Notes under the pieces: model-generated
The model's input: only the letters and a program-made list of their open reading frames with translations
What the model was told of the DNA's origin: nothing
Database searches by the model: none
Position numbers and translations under genes: made by a program
Shown: positions 12,945 to 27,092 of the stretch, in pieces
How the letters are laid out: each line of letters begins with the position of its first letter
Position numbering within the stretch: the first letter of the stretch is position 1
Assembly (NCBI RefSeq): GCF_006345805.1
Contig: NC_043002.1
Location: 57,474,001 to 57,538,000, forward strand
DNA length: 64,000 bases
Source of the DNA: Octopus sinensis
Lineage: Eukaryota
Direction: 5' to 3'

Positions 12945-13550
12945 GCACATGCGTGGTTTTGTAGGTGCCAGGTGTGGCTCTGCAGTAAGAAGTTTGCTTT
13001 CCAACCACATAGTTCCGCGTTCAGTCCCACTTAATGAGCCCTTGGGTGAGTATTTTCTACTACAGCCTCGGGCCGACCAAAGCCCTGTGAGTAGGCTTGG
13101 TAGATGGAAACTGATAGAAGCCCGCCGTATATATATATATATAATATATATATAGCCATGTGAAGGCGCATGGCTCAGTGGTTAGAACGTCGAGCTTACG
13201 ATCGTGAGGTTGTGAGCTCGAATCCCGGACCGGGCTGCGTGTTGTGTTCTTGAGCAAGGCACTTTATTTCACGTTGCTCCAGTTCACTCAGCTGTAGAAA
13301 TGAGTTGCGACGTCACTGGTGCCAAGCTGTATCGACCTTTGTCTTTCCCTTGGATAACACTGGTGGCGTGGAGAGGGGAGGCTGGTATGCATGGGCGACT
13401 GCTGGTCTTCCATAAAAAAACAACCTTGCCCGGACTTGTGTCTAGGAGGGCAACTTTCTAGGTGCAATCCCATGGTCATTCATGACCGAAGGGGGTTTTT
13501 ACCCTATATATATACACATATATATGTCTGTATGTCTGTCTGTGTGTGTG

Positions 13551-13585
<35 letters not shown>

Positions 13586-13800
13586 GTATACATTTGTGTA
13601 TGTGTCTGTGTTTGTCCCCCCATCATCGCTTGACATCGTTCCCGTAACTTAGCGGTTCGGCAAAAGAGACAGTTAGAATAAGTACTAGGCTTACAAAGAA
13701 TAAGTCCTAGGCTTACAAAGAATAAGTCCTGGGGTTGGTTTGTTTGACTAAATGCGATGCCCCAGCATGGCGGCAGTCTAATGACTGAAAGAAATAAAAA
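12945..13800 (+). mobile_element. tRNA-SINE family A split by a nested family C SINE
   Basis: 5' half 12945-13130, 3' half about 13590-13800, family C inserted in the internal microsatellite. Confidence 0.75.
13160..13505 (+). mobile_element. Full-length tRNA-SINE family C
   Basis: A-box TGGCTCAGTGG (13171-13181), B-box-like gctcgaatcc, conserved body to gggggtttttaccc. Confidence 0.85.
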
Positions 13801-13829
13801 TTAAAATATAAAGGCGAGCTTTAAAAAGT

Positions 13830-14050
13830 TTAACTTGGAACAGATCTAATCGAGGGGGTCCCTCCCACAAAACTTCGGACCTTGTGCCTAGAATAGAAAA
13901 TATTACGTTCAGGGCTCAAATTCCGCCGAGGTCGACTTTGCCTTTCATCCTTTCGGAGTCGATAAGTTGAGTACCGGTTGCATACTGGGATCGATCGAAT
14001 AGACTGGTTCCCTCCCCCAAAATGTCGGGCCTTGTGTCTAGAGTAAGAAA
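13830..14050 (+). mobile_element. Tandem tRNA-SINE family B pieces
   Basis: Tail (ggaccttgtgcctagaatagaaaa) followed by a second copy core+tail. Confidence 0.75.
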
Positions 14051-14118
14051 GGAGTATTGGCCTGTTAAACCACCTCCGGATCCACAAAGAGTAAAGTTGC
14101 TAATCTGATTGTCTTCAG

Positions 14119-14173
14119 AGATACGAAGGACGAACGTCAAAGTTACGTATCACAAATAGATTTGGCCTAAAAC
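14119..14173 (+). CDS. Candidate exon (55 nt, phase 0-1) RYEGRTSKLRITNRFGLK
   Basis: gctaat branch, gtcttcag acceptor, gtaaga donor, only phase 0 open; phase matches 8824-8916. Confidence 0.35.
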
Positions 14174-15194
14174 GTAAGAAAACGGTTTCAACAGATTCGA
14201 ACCTATGAGCTAATTATCTCTAATTCCTTGTTCATCTTTGTCTACATTCAGTTAACCACTGTTTCATAAATAACACGCGAAATATCTCCATAAATTAGTT
14301 TCTGTTGAAGAAACGCATGTACAAATATAACGTTCTTTAAGTATTTCTAGATACAATTTTAGATGCAACTATATATGTATGTATGATGTATGGATTTATA
14401 TATTTGAAAGCAGTTGGCATGGAAATCTGGACAATGTAATAGCTTTCTGAATACACAATTTTAAACTCTTACAGGGCTTTCAGGAACGAACATTTGGTAA
14501 AAAGCCAAACAGCTTTATTAGGAAAGAACTTGAAAGTTGACTAAGAGAAAATATCATGCAATTTGCCTCTTAGTAAAATGTTCTTATACTCATGTGTCAA
14601 CGAGGAAGCCCCTATGTGACCGATCAACCGACTAGAGATAGCAGCCAAGTCTTCTCAAAACCACGTCCTAAAGTGTTAAAGAAGGCACATTGAGTAAGGA
14701 AGTCTTAAACACATTTGTCTGAACAAAACAGAGGACGGTCAAGGGTGGAGCACCTTTTCCCTATAGGTACAGTGCTGACGTGGAGATAACAACGACTGTA
14801 CTTTACATGTGTATGTATGTGGTTATGTATGTATGTATGTGTGTATGCATGTGTGTACGTATGTATGTGTGTACGCATATTTGTATGTAACTGTGTATGT
14901 AATACGGTGTATGTATGTGTGTATGTATGTACGTTACTTTGAGATTTCGTAGAAGTCGAGATGGTCACTAACAGAATAGCAAGAATCTTCTTTTAAGTCA
15001 AGCAACTCTTTAGATTTGTGGTTATCTGATTCCCTGGGTGTGTACATGTGTGTGTGTGTGAGCGCGCGCGTTTGTGCGTATGTTGGTGTGTGCATAAAAC
15101 CTTGCACAAAGATGTGCATGTCACTTTTTTGTATGTGTCTGTGCTCAGTCAATATATATATATATATGTATGTACGTGTATTCTATATATAGCG

Positions 15195-15480
15195 AAGGTG
15201 TGTTACTAGGTGGTTAGGGCATTCGGATAACTATCGTAAGGTCGTGAGTTCGATATCTGGCGGCGCGTTGCGACCTTTATTTCACTTTGCTCCAGTCCAC
15301 TAGTCGTACCTATGTTTCAAAGGGCCAACCTTGTCACATTGAGAGTCAAGCTGAATATCCCGCAGAACTACGTGTCTACAGAGTGGTCAACCATTTGCAT
15401 GTGGATTTCACGACTAACCTGTTCCGTTGATCGGATCAACTGGAGCCCTCTTCGTCGTAACCGACAGACTGCCTGTTATT
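15195..15480 (+). mobile_element. Degenerate tRNA-SINE with cephalopod-type tail
   Basis: ggttagggc..gagttcgatatc head; tail gttccgttgatcggatcaactggagccctcttcgtcgtaaccgacag. Confidence 0.6.
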
Positions 15481-15481
15481 C

Positions 15482-15556
<75 letters not shown>

Positions 15557-15774
15557 CAAATATATATGTCATTGTGTGCAAGTGTTCAGCCTAGGAATCT
15601 CAGATGAATAATCCCTGGAATGTTTTACAAATTTTAACCGCACCACTAATCGATTGTATTAATAGAATGCTATTTCCTGAAGACCCTAGCATTCCTTTCT
15701 TTTAATGCAGAACCGTCATCACATAGCCGTGAGTATCTAAATTAATAGGTACAAGTAAAAAACAACAAAAAAAC

Positions 15775-15950
15775 TACATTATTTACATTATTTACAGTTG
15801 ATAAATATTTGTCCTCATCTTGTTTGTTGTGAACCCAATGTTTCGGCTGATATACCCTCCAGCCTTCATCAGGTATCTTGGGGAAATTTCGAACCTGGGT
15901 TCTCATTTCTAAGGTATTTTTCGATTATTATTATTATTATTATTTTTATC

Positions 15951-15981
<31 letters not shown>

Positions 15982-16100
15982 TCACTGCTTGGAATCGAAC
16001 TCGGAATCTTGGGGTTAGTAGTCCGCGCTCTTAATCACTAGGCCATATGTAAATAATGTAAATAATGTACATAATTCCTCATCTCTTAAATATAGAACTG
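15775..16100 (-). mobile_element. Palindromic tRNA-head/HHR element (family P1), left arm retained, right arm mostly deleted
   Basis: tRNA-like head (rc 15978-16048), (ATT)n, HHR, terminal repeat ending ..CATCTCTTAAATATAGAACTG+TA; 15775-15795 is a perfect inverted copy of 16049-16069. Confidence 0.8.
15832..15877 (-). ncRNA. Minimal type I hammerhead ribozyme motif (decayed copy)
   Basis: CUGAUGA (15872-15866), A, stem II GGCUG/CAGCC, GAAA (15844-15841), CAUU; stem I weak and 16.2 G to A. Confidence 0.6.
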
Positions 16101-16139
16101 TATTAAAAAAAAACTAGTCTAAATTATAGAGCTGTAGGC

Positions 16140-16325
16140 TTCTCATCTGTTCTCCATCATATGTTCTTCGTTTTCCCAATTGTTAACACAACATTCACAG
16201 GCGCCGGGCGGAGAATCTCCACAATGGTGAATGACTTTTGCTCCATGTCCCATGCAACTGTATCTGGTCTATCCTGCTTACACTGAGTTACTGTTTTTAT
16301 TGAACTGTTCCACCGATATTCTTTA
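16140..16325 (-). mobile_element. R4/Dong-type RLE domain fragment
   Basis: EYRWNSSIKTVTQCKQDRPDTVAWDMEQKSFTIVEI matches the RLE PD-(D/E) region. Confidence 0.65.
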
Positions 16326-16486
16326 TTTTTGTGGGTGAGTGGTAAGACGTTTGCTTTACCAATCACTCATTCCGCGTTCAGTCCTACTACGTGGAATCTT
16401 GAGCATGTATCTTCTACTATAGCCTTGGGTCAACCAAAGCTTTCAGAATGGATTTGGTACACGGAAAGTGAAAGAAACCCATCTTG

Positions 16487-16561
<75 letters not shown>

Positions 16562-16775
16562 TATGTGTGTATGTTTGTGTGTGTTCATGTGGGTGTGTAC
16601 GCGTGTTTTTGTCTATGTTTGTCCCCTACCACCACTTGATAACTGGTGTTGGTGTGTTTATGTTCCCGTATAGATATAGTAAGTACCAGGCTTAAAAATG
16701 TACTGGGGTTGATTAATTCAACTTGAAATTCTCCAGCATGGCTGCAGTCTGATGAATGAAACAAATAAACGATAA
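16320..16775 (+). mobile_element. tRNA-SINE family A with internal (TA)n/(TG)n
   Basis: 5' half, microsatellite, 3' half ending cagcatggctgcagtc..gaaacaaataa. Confidence 0.75.
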
Positions 16776-16785
16776 AAGATAAACG

Positions 16786-16850
<65 letters not shown>

Positions 16851-17003
16851 TGGCAGGGATGGACTGCTAGGTAGCCGGCCGAATGCTAGAAACAGATCAT
16901 TAACGATCAAACTACAAGGAAATTCTCTGACTTCTCAGATTTTTTGTATGCTAGACTACTGGTTTTAAATTGATATTAAAATTAATATTAATTTATCTCC
17001 CTC

Positions 17004-17058
<55 letters not shown>

Positions 17059-17563
17059 TTGCTATTATGCAAAAGTTTTGTAAGTGCAAAATGTTGCTTT
17101 TTCAGAAAACGAAAAAGTAGTTTGTCCATTCCATAGCAAAACCGTTGTACTACACTTCCACAATTTTTGATATCTTGGCATCTGAAGCACCTGGAGATAG
17201 GACAGTTTGACCAAGAGAACAGGCTACTGCAAGCAAAAGTATTGAAGAAGAACGCATTTGGCCAAATTTGAACATACGACAGTTTAACATAATAGCAACG
17301 ATATGTATGCATTCATATCAAAGTAGTAATTTGGCTTGGCTTCGTCAGATGACAGTGGGACTAAACAGGCCTTATCAGTATTGATGTTGTTCTTTTTGGA
17401 TAACCTGGATATCACTGATTCAGAAAAACCAAAGCATAAACGTAATAATTCTCAGAAGGTGTTTTGATTGGTGTTTATAATTAGTGTCATATCATCATTA
17501 TTGTGACAGTGTGTTTGTTCAAAGTTTTAATTATTCTGAAACCGAGTGGTTTCTATTTTAAAG

Positions 17564-17619
17564 CTGGCAGGGGAGATAATTTTGTGAGATTTAGCAGCAA
17601 GAGGAGATCAGTTGAGCCA
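17564..17619 (+). CDS. Candidate exon (56 nt, phase 1-0) PGRGDNFVRFSSKRRSVEP
   Basis: ttctattttaaag acceptor, gtaagt donor, phase matches 14119-14173. Confidence 0.35.
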
Positions 17620-20600
17620 GTAAGTAGAAACCAGCTCACTGTCTCATTAACATATATTGTTGTTGTGGATAAGGTTTTGCACTAACGATTGTAAGATCGT
17701 AGTTTCGAATTCCATATCAAGCAGTGTGTTATGTTAATGAGCAAAACTAAATTTCACATTGTTCCAGTTCAATCAACTGTGAGTTCCAGTAAATAGCCGG
17801 GAAGTTAAGTCTTCGAGGGGACCGGCATCCCGTCTAGTGGGGCGGGAGTGTTGACATCTAAGTTATTTACACGCCATGGATATGAAGTTAAGCTTTGGCC
17901 TTATGAATTGGAGGGCTCATGTCAGCCATAATTTTTCTTACGTTCCCTTTCAATTTTTAAATGCATGATAGCTGTGGAAATAATTGATCTATGTGGTTCT
18001 GAAAATTACGCAAGAATATAACCACAATCTAATGCTACAATAATATATAATACGACGCTACAAATTTGTGAAACTTTGCATTTTAGAGAGGCGAGCTGTC
18101 ATTGCACGCGGCACTCCGTTACTCCGTGAGCAGTTCAATATTTTGATTGTCAAATCAGTTCATTAGCAATGGTTTATGAACTCTCAAGTCAGGGACCCGA
18201 TAGACTATCAACTTGTGTTTATTTTCTCCCCCTTAAAATGTATCCATTGAAATCTGACTAGATTTCAATTTCTAGTCGGCTTTCATTCCGCCCATCATTT
18301 CTCTCTTGTATCCCAGACTATAGAAGACACATCTAGCCTGCATCACAAACGAATTAACTTTTGGGGAAATTATTTATCTATATATTTATTTTCATTGTAA
18401 GATCAAAGTAATTGCAAGGGAAGAAAAATAATGACTTCCAAATCTATGGGTTTTCTAACCAATAAAAATGGAACTTTCTTTTATATTCCCCTTTTATTTT
18501 CTGTTGTGGAAAAAAACAGAACATTTTTGAGAATTTAGCAATGGTAATGAAGTAATTTCGAGATAAAAGAATGAAAGTCATAATGTCTTGAAGTAAACAA
18601 ATACAAAATAAGGTATTCTTGGAAAAGAAAAAAGTAAAACAGAACACAACAAACACAGAATTTAAATATATATAATAGAAAACTTTTTCTATTTTGGTAT
18701 TGTATGGCTAGACATTATTTAAAATACAACAAGCACAGAAGGTTTGATTTATTCAAAATTGAAGTCAAACAACGAGATAGAGATGCCGCTAGTCAAATGA
18801 CGCACCCATGCTGTTAAGCTTGGAGAGGAATAGAAATAAAATTACAGTGATAGAAATATTCCATCATGTTTTTGTGTGTTTTGCTCTGTAGTTTTTGCTT
18901 ATCCAGAAAATTCTAGTTGTCTGATGTTATTTGCATAATGGACCACTTTTAGTTTTCACATACATAGACATTGGTAATGTTTTGGTTAATTATTTATAAT
19001 GGCAGGATTGAAATTCCACCGAGGTCGACTTTGCCTTCTTTCGCGGCCGATAAAATGCTCGTTGAGCACTGAGTTCGATATAACTGACCAGTTCCCTCCA
19101 CCACCCAAATTTAGGTCTTGTGGTTATGGTGGAGAGAAATATTAAGAAGAAAACTGTAGAAATATTAAGAAGAAAACGTCCTCTGCGAGCAAGGGTGCGG
19201 TTTTGAAAAACAAAATCTATTTTTCGCGAAGGGAAATAAACCCAACTAAAAAATGTATTAACAAAATAGTCAGCAACAAAATAAAACCTTAAAAATATGA
19301 AGAAAAGTCAACGAAAAATATTTATTTTCTAAATCGGTGATATTAGGATTACAATTACGAATTGAGCGGGAAATTTCTTATATTACGATCCCAGTAAAAC
19401 GTCATGGCAAACAACAAAATAGCCCCGACACAAAATAGCCTTTCTAATTTTAGCACAAGATCAGCACTTTTAAGAGGAAAGAGTTAGTCGATTATGTTAA
19501 CCTCGTGTTAGCTTCTTGCTTCACAGAGCTGGAGTCACCCCAGGTTGATGGTTCTAGAGGCATCATCATGCGTAGAGCCAGCGCTCCCCATTGCTGGCAA
19601 TCCCATGTCAGCCCCTCTGCATCTTCCAAGATTGGTACTTACTTTATCGACCCTGAAAGGATGATTGGTGAAGTCAACCTCGGTGGAATTTGTATTTAGA
19701 ATTTAGAAAGAGCCGGACGAAATGTCGCTAAATATTTTCCTCGTGTGCTAACCATTTTGCTCGCTTGTCGTCTTATCCACTAAACAAAGTGTTACTGTCA
19801 AGTAAATACCGGTAAAGGAAACGTTTTTGTCCAAGACTTGAATTCTTTTCAGGTGTTACCCGAAATGTATTGAAATAATATAAAGTTACTCTCGAAATTC
19901 AAAATAAAGAAACACATCAATTAGTTTTAAATGGTTGGATATGGTATACATAAATTTATCCACGAAAAATATTTATCGGTTGGATTGATGTAAAAGAAAA
20001 GCCGGCCAAACATACCGATATAAGTATTACACAGAGACAAACTAAATTTAAAGGATTGAAAATGAAAAGAATTTTAGTTAAAATATTTCCTGTTCACTTT
20101 TCTGCAAAGAAAAATATTGCTGTTTCGTTTTTGATATAACAACATCAACAGAAGCTATACTTTGTATCAGACAGACCAGCTTAGATGCCCTCTTTGGAAT
20201 CTAACCGGTTTCTGTAATTTTGTCTTAAAAATAAATAATTATTATAGAGAAATGATATAAGTGGACAAGAATTTGTAATGGATTAGTTTTGAAATCCACA
20301 AGAATTAGCATCTGAAAATTGACAAAAAACAAACAAAGAAAATGAAAAACCCAACAAAACAAAAACATGGTGACGAAATTAGCATGTAAATCAACTTAAT
20401 AGAAAGAGGGATTAAAACCTGAAGAATTTGACAAAACAGCTATTTTGATTTCGGTAAAATAAAATGCTGCTTCTTTATCGTTATTCTTCGAAATTTTCTT
20501 GTTAGAGAAACTTTGGTGCTGTTTTCGTGCTTCAAACAATTTCTGTAATTTGTTTACAAATTCAAAAGTGTAAACAAATATTTTTCTCAACAGTAGACTG

Positions 20601-21453
20601 TTGTAGAATGCAACAGTATATATTTTTCGCTTCCACATGTAGGATTTGAAAGCGTTGGCAGCTTTCGACGTCGGAAAATATGCAAAAATTCCATGTGTAT
20701 TTTATTGCTGGAGCGAAGTTCAAGAAACTGCTCCTCTGTCAAAGAATAAAAAAGATAAATCTCCAGACTCTTAAGATCTTTTTAGAACAATAATTTTACA
20801 GTTAAAGGGATTCACAAACCAACTGCTGACAGTACGTGACTCAAACCCAAGAAAATTATCAGAGAATCCGGGATCTAGAATTATCCAGTAATTTTTTACT
20901 AGTTTCATCTTGTCTCTTTGTTTTCTCACCGTATTGATATATGGACAATTAAGGTGGTTTTAGAGTCAGATCATGGCTGCTATTTTCAGCATGGTGGTAT
21001 CTCGTAGATACCCTAATTTATAATTTTAATATATATATATATATGTGTGTCTGTGTATGTGTGTATATATGTATGTATATGTGTGTGCATAAAACGTACA
21101 TATGCATACATATAAACACGCACGCACATACACACAGATACACGCACAAATGCACACACACATACACACACATATTGTTGCGTCTTGGGAGGGTAATTTC
21201 GTCGATAATAACAAACACACGCACCAGTACAAGTGTTTATTATTGTTGTCCCTCCAAAGACGCGACGAGATTTGTTTCAACACACGAATTCACACCAAGG
21301 AATCTTGCAGACCAAATAAAAAAGAGACATCATCATCATCGTTTAATGTCTGTTTTCCATGCTGGGTTGGACGTAGAGTACACACACACACACACACACC
21401 CACACACACACACACACATACACACACACACACATATATACAAACATACATGC

Positions 21454-21496
<43 letters not shown>

Positions 21497-21690
21497 CACA
21501 CACATATATACATGTATATGCTATAACAAGAAAATATTACTCAATTTATACTTACAATTCAACAATTCACAAACATAGAATTTAGCAGAAAAAATATTCA
21601 TTTGAGTATAGTAAATCGTATGAACACGTGAATTACCTAACGCTTCTTCAGAGTACCTTACATTGCTTTTGATATTTCTTCACAAAATAT

Positions 21691-21892
21691 GGATTTCAAA
21701 TTTTCGCACAAGGCCAGCAATTTCGGGGGAGGGACCAAATCGATTATATGGACCTGAGTGTTCAACTGGTATTAAGTTTATCAACCCAGAATGGATGAAA
21801 GGCAAAATCGACCGCGGCGGCAGTTGAACTCGGGACGAAATGCTGCTAAGAATTTCGCCCGGCTTGCTAACGGTTATGTCAGCTCGTCGCCT
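21691..21892 (-). mobile_element. tRNA-SINE family B with 17-bp target-site duplication
   Basis: ATTTCTTCACAAAATAT at 21674-21690 and 21893-21909. Confidence 0.85.
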
Positions 21893-22116
21893 ATTTCTTC
21901 ACAAAATATTAATAAACATTTATTTAATACTTTTTAATATATTTTATGAATTCGTAATTAGTTGGTGCTTGTTTGTTAAACGTTAAGATCTATTCAAAAT
22001 GTAAACAAAAGAAAATTTTTTATACTCTGGAGGAGCGTAAATACTGGTAGCACATCATTCATCTTTATTTTTCTATATATAAATATATACCTAAGTGTAT
22101 ATAAATGTATACATAC

Positions 22117-22231
<115 letters not shown>

Positions 22232-23227
22232 TGCAGATTCAATAGCTTTTGAATAGTAAAAAAATTATTACTCTACAATTTTCACACGTCACTTCACATA
22301 AAACTCTCTATAAAATATATATATTTTTTGGCTCTCATATCAGACAAGATACACAGAAATCAAGAAAAAAGATACAAAATGTTAATATTCTACCAATTTA
22401 GCATCACGCATTTATGTAAATAAACAAATTGATATACAAAAGCATGAACAGAAAATGTCGTCCAATTCAACCATGACTTTGTTACATGGTTAACTATACG
22501 TGTTTGAGGTTTTGTGAGATATTTCTCAAATGCTGATCGAGTTACCCGCTAAAATCTTAACTTTTATCCCTGTTGCGTGATTCTTGGTCTAAGACGTCGA
22601 TCAAACTGCGAGAAATACCCACCAAATGACTCTCAAACCAAACACTTCTGTCTTCAACAACGAAGGACACATTGGATTATGCAGAGTCCTACATATATTT
22701 TTTTTTCCTTGAGCCCTAGAAACTGCTTTCCATGGTGTGTAAGATACCATCTTCACAACGTTTCCCTTGAATGGAATGCCGGTCGGTTGCGGGATTCAAA
22801 GCCAACAATTTTGAGTCGAGAAGTCGATTTTTGTACGTTTTAACCAATCACGGTTCACGTATCAACTTACGCCTTTTGTCCATCAAAACTCAATAAAAGT
22901 ATACATGTTTCATTCGAAAAACAATACTTTATCGTTTAGATTTCGATTTTATCGAATAAAAAAAATAACATCAAGTATCATTTAATTGATATCCAATGAA
23001 ATGAGTTCAGTTGCAATCACCCTCACAGCAAACAATCAGTCAGAAGGTTCTTCAAATTTATAATCTAGAGACGTCTAAAACCTTGGGAACAATATTTCCC
23101 CCCCCTTTCTGGTATTTAAATATCTAAAAACGATACGCGTCTAAAACTGAAAAAATTTTTGCTTTAAAAATTTAAGATAAATAAAAAATATTTCGTCGTT
23201 GTATTCGTTTAGCAATATTCTTGAATG

Positions 23228-23519
23228 CAGTTCTATATTCAAGAGATGATGAATTATGTACATTATTTACATTTGATGAAAGGTAAAATCGACTTCGGCG
23301 GCATTTGAAATTAGGACGAAATGCTGCTAAGTATTTTGCCCGGTGTGCTAACGGTTATGTCAACTCGTCGCCTATGTCTTCACAAAATATTAATAAACAT
23401 TTATTTAATACTTTTTAATATATGCCCATCGGCATATGGCGTAGTGGTTAAAAGCACGGGCTACTAACCCCAAGATTCCGTGTTCGATTCCAAGCAGTGA
23501 CCTGAATAATAATAATAAT

Positions 23520-23580
<61 letters not shown>

Positions 23581-23744
23581 TAATAATAATAATAACAACA
23601 ACAACAACAACAACATCGAAAAATACCTTAGGAATGAGAAACCAGGTTCGAAATTTCCCCCATGACATCTGATGAAGGCAGGAGGGTATATCAGCTGAAA
23701 CGTTGAGTTAACAAACAAGATGAGGACAAATATCTGTCAAATGT
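23228..23744 (+). mobile_element. Palindromic tRNA-head/HHR element (family P1), right arm retained, left arm replaced
   Basis: Left terminus CAGTTCTATATTCAAGAG.. 23228-23276; central hairpin ATATGCC-CATC-GGCATAT 23420-23437; A-box 23437-23447, B-box GTTCGATTCC 23482-23491; (AAT)n; HHR. Confidence 0.85.
23664..23709 (+). ncRNA. Minimal type I hammerhead ribozyme motif (decayed copy)
   Basis: GACAU-CUGAUGA (23669-23675)-A-GGCAG..CAGCU-GAAA (23697-23700)-CG-UU-GAGUU; palindromic AACGUU stem III. Confidence 0.6.
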
Positions 23745-25675
23745 GAAAAAATATTCTTGAAGTTTAGATGGTCATTTTGCCGATATAAAGCCTCAACAGG
23801 TCATTTCGGAATTGTTAGTGCGCCGAACAAAATGCTTGGCTGCATTTTTTATGGCCCTTTACGTTCTGATATAGCTTTCTGTCAACAAAATACTCGGTTA
23901 TCTGCATTAATTTTCTAAAATAATTTTGCTTGGATGACACCGCAATGTTCTCTTGAAGATATCTTCAAATTTTCTTCTATTTCTGTGTATTGACGAGCAG
24001 CTGTGCTTAGCTGGTATGATGTGAAGGTGTTGCACACACCTAGTGACAAGATCTTGGTTGTTGCCATTCGTGGATTGGGCAGTGCGTTGTGTCCTGGAGC
24101 AAGATGCTTCATTTCACATTGCTTCAGTCTATTCAGACGTAAGTGAGTAATCTTCTGCGACTGACTGACATCCTGTCCAGGGGCGGTGTTGTGATCTCGG
24201 TCATTATGTATCATGGGCATTGGGGACCCGGTCCTATGAGTACTAGGACAAGAGACAGTTAATATTTAAGGTTTCTTGCTGTTGTTGTTGATAATGATGA
24301 TGAGGATGATGATGATGAGAAGAAGTGAAGGATGATTTGAACTCAGAGTGTATCTTAAGCTATCTTGTCCGTTTCTCTCACGTGAAACCCGAACTCCTGA
24401 TAAACGGAGGCCAGAAAATGACATGCTACGGCTACCATATTACACTCCTGGATTCACGAACGAGATGAAGCTAACAGTATTAAATGTAAGATTTACATTT
24501 CAAGAGATCACACAGACATTGATATTTCATATCAATGCAGCTTCTAAAACTGTGTTGTTGTATTGCTGTGTATTTGTGTCTTTCTGTGCCATGTAGTTTC
24601 AAATATGTTTGTGAGATAGTCGAACCCGTAAAAAACATTTTACCGTAGTTTGTTTCGGAGAAAATAATTCTCGCTTGAGCAAAAATGTGTCAGTACATCG
24701 TAGTCAGATCGAAAGAGTCTGTATTTGATTGATGGATTCATTTCCACCGAGTCAGTCCTCCTCAGCACCAAATAACAAAGAGAGGTAACTCTGACTTTGA
24801 TAGGAAGAAATTTATCAATATCAATGATTGATAGCGCGTACTGGCGGCTAAACCAGAACAAATTCGTGCGTAGAAACACGAAGCAGTGACTAAAAGTGAA
24901 AACCAGTTCAAATATGTTTCCGTAAAAGGCTTTTCTCCGTAGTATTGCATTGAGAATAAATTCTCATTTTAGGTTATAACATTGATCTTTTTTTTATAAC
25001 TGTACTTCGCTTCCTTGCTAGGCTAGAGTTTCTTGTATGTAGTATCTGGTGCTGAAGAGAACTAAAGCATTCGAAATGCACCCCTCAGTCCAACAAAGTG
25101 CGATCCGAGCTGATTATGGTATTTTGACATCTTTTTGTCCTAAGCGAAAAGTTATTTGCATGACAAACTGCAGCGAAAGCCTTTTACGTGTTCGAATATC
25201 CCTCAAACATATTTGAACTGAGTTTAAGTTCGTTTACTTTCCGTCACTGCTTCGTGCATCTACTTACTTATTGATATATGTTGAAATAGAAAGACCAGGA
25301 GAAATAAAAATAAAGATTTTTGCATTGTGCCAGCGTAAGGCGAGAAAAATCTTAAATAAATATAATTTAAACCAAAAGAACAGCACAATATGTTTGCAAG
25401 AAACATATTCTAAAAGTTGATGGAGAACAGTTAGAGTAATAAATAAGAGAAAGAAAGCATTGTAGATGCAATAAGATAAAACAATTGAATGAAACATTGA
25501 TAACAACTCTATAAGTTGCTGATGTGGATATGTCAGATAGTAGGTATAAGAATAATGTAGCAACGAGATAAAAAGATATGAGATAAAACATAGCAGATAC
25601 AACGAGATAAAGCAGTTAAAAGAAACAAGTGATAATTACATAAAAGCTTGAAGGGGAGATAACGTAGGTGTGTAT

Positions 25676-25708
<33 letters not shown>

Positions 25709-25745
25709 CACATATACGTATATATATATATACATATACACACAC

Positions 25746-25776
<31 letters not shown>

Positions 25777-26042
25777 TGTATGTATATATATGTATATATA
25801 TATATGTATATTTGTATGTATGTATATATAAATAATATATATATTTATATGTATGTATATATGTATGTATGTATGTATGCATAATGTAAGAATAATGTAA
25901 CAATGAGATGAAAAGACGACGGATAAAAGAACTCTAACACCTAATTCATGTTGAGTGTGACAAGATGTAAATATATAATCCAAAGCTTATTTAGGTTCTT
26001 AGGAAAAGGAATTGTTCTCCATCTGTAATAATAATAATAATA

Positions 26043-26081
<39 letters not shown>

Positions 26082-26149
26082 TTAATAATAATAATAATAA
26101 TAATAATAACAATAATAATGATGATGATGATGATGACAATGATGATGAG

Positions 26150-26450
26150 AAAGTTAATATGAAAGGTATAGAGAATAATAAACAGGCCTAGACATTAAGT
26201 TACAGAAGCCATGGAAAGTGTGGGTAAAATGTATCCCTGTAGTTATAGGTGCCTTAGGAACGATTCTTAAGGATGTGAAAAGATTGATAATGGAAATACA
26301 CATAAAACCGGGTTTAGTGTGGCTCTAGAAATCATTATTATTAGGGGCAGCTAGAATATTTAGGAATGTTCTTAGCATCTGAGGATACTTATTGTTGCCC
26401 AATTGTAGTACCCCCCCCCCCCCCGATAGTGTAATCTATTGTGTGTAAAG
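26150..26450 (+). mobile_element. R4/Dong-type 3' fragment in (AAT)n
   Basis: KCIPVVIGALGTILKD...LLLGAARIFRNVLSI*, flanked by (AAT)n both sides. Confidence 0.75.
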
Positions 26451-26452
26451 GA

Positions 26453-26490
<38 letters not shown>

Positions 26491-26511
26491 TAATAATAAT
26501 GATGATAATAA

Positions 26512-27022
26512 TTATCATGTACATTGTTTTATCATGTACATTGTTTTGTCTTGGTATAAAAGATGGGCTACAGCAAATATTCTGCTCAATACCACAGATT
26601 TGCTTGTCAGTTGTTTGACCTTAACCAGTTGAGCATGTCCCTTAGTGGCTGACGATATGTGCATCTCTGATCACGAGCAGAAGTAGTGAGGGAGCATCAT
26701 AGCCATGTGTTGAGAAGGATTCTTTGGGGTTTGAATAATTCACCTCTGGAAACATGGGTGTTTCGTTCAACATCCTTAAACAACCCTTATTCAGAGACCT
26801 TTTGAGCGGGATGGGTTATTCGATCCGAAGAAAATTCTAACTGGGCTCCACCTGCAAGGTCATGTGCTGTTTATCTTGATATGAGATCACCATGTCGCGC
26901 ACATATGGTTGTGATGCATGTGCCTGGTGTACCCTTATCAGACGGGTAGTCATGATGGGTATACTGGGCTTCGTATATTTTACCCCAGTGTCACTTCGAT
27001 GGCATGCTCTGCTCGCTCACTG
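26512..27022 (+). mobile_element. ~555-bp (TAA)n-embedded element, 5'-truncated copy
   Basis: Matches 10062-10613; short duplication ttatcatgtacattgttt at the truncation point. Confidence 0.85.
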
Positions 27023-27044
27023 AATAATGATAATAATAATAATG

Positions 27045-27092
<48 letters not shown>

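Noticed and set aside
17564-17619. FMRFamide-like neuropeptide (GDNFVRF..KRR)
   Set aside because: No Gly amide donor after RF, no repeats and no signal peptide seen
23437-23504. Functional tRNA gene
   Set aside because: A/B boxes present but no complete cloverleaf acceptor stem; part of a repeated element
24733-24785. Start exon MDSFPPSQSSSAPNNKE with gtaact donor
   Set aside because: No convincing downstream phase-2 exon found; too short to support alone
25048-25084. Isolated hammerhead CUGAAGA-GAA..UUC-GAAA
   Set aside because: Core present but UH triplet missing and no element context; could be chance or a remnant
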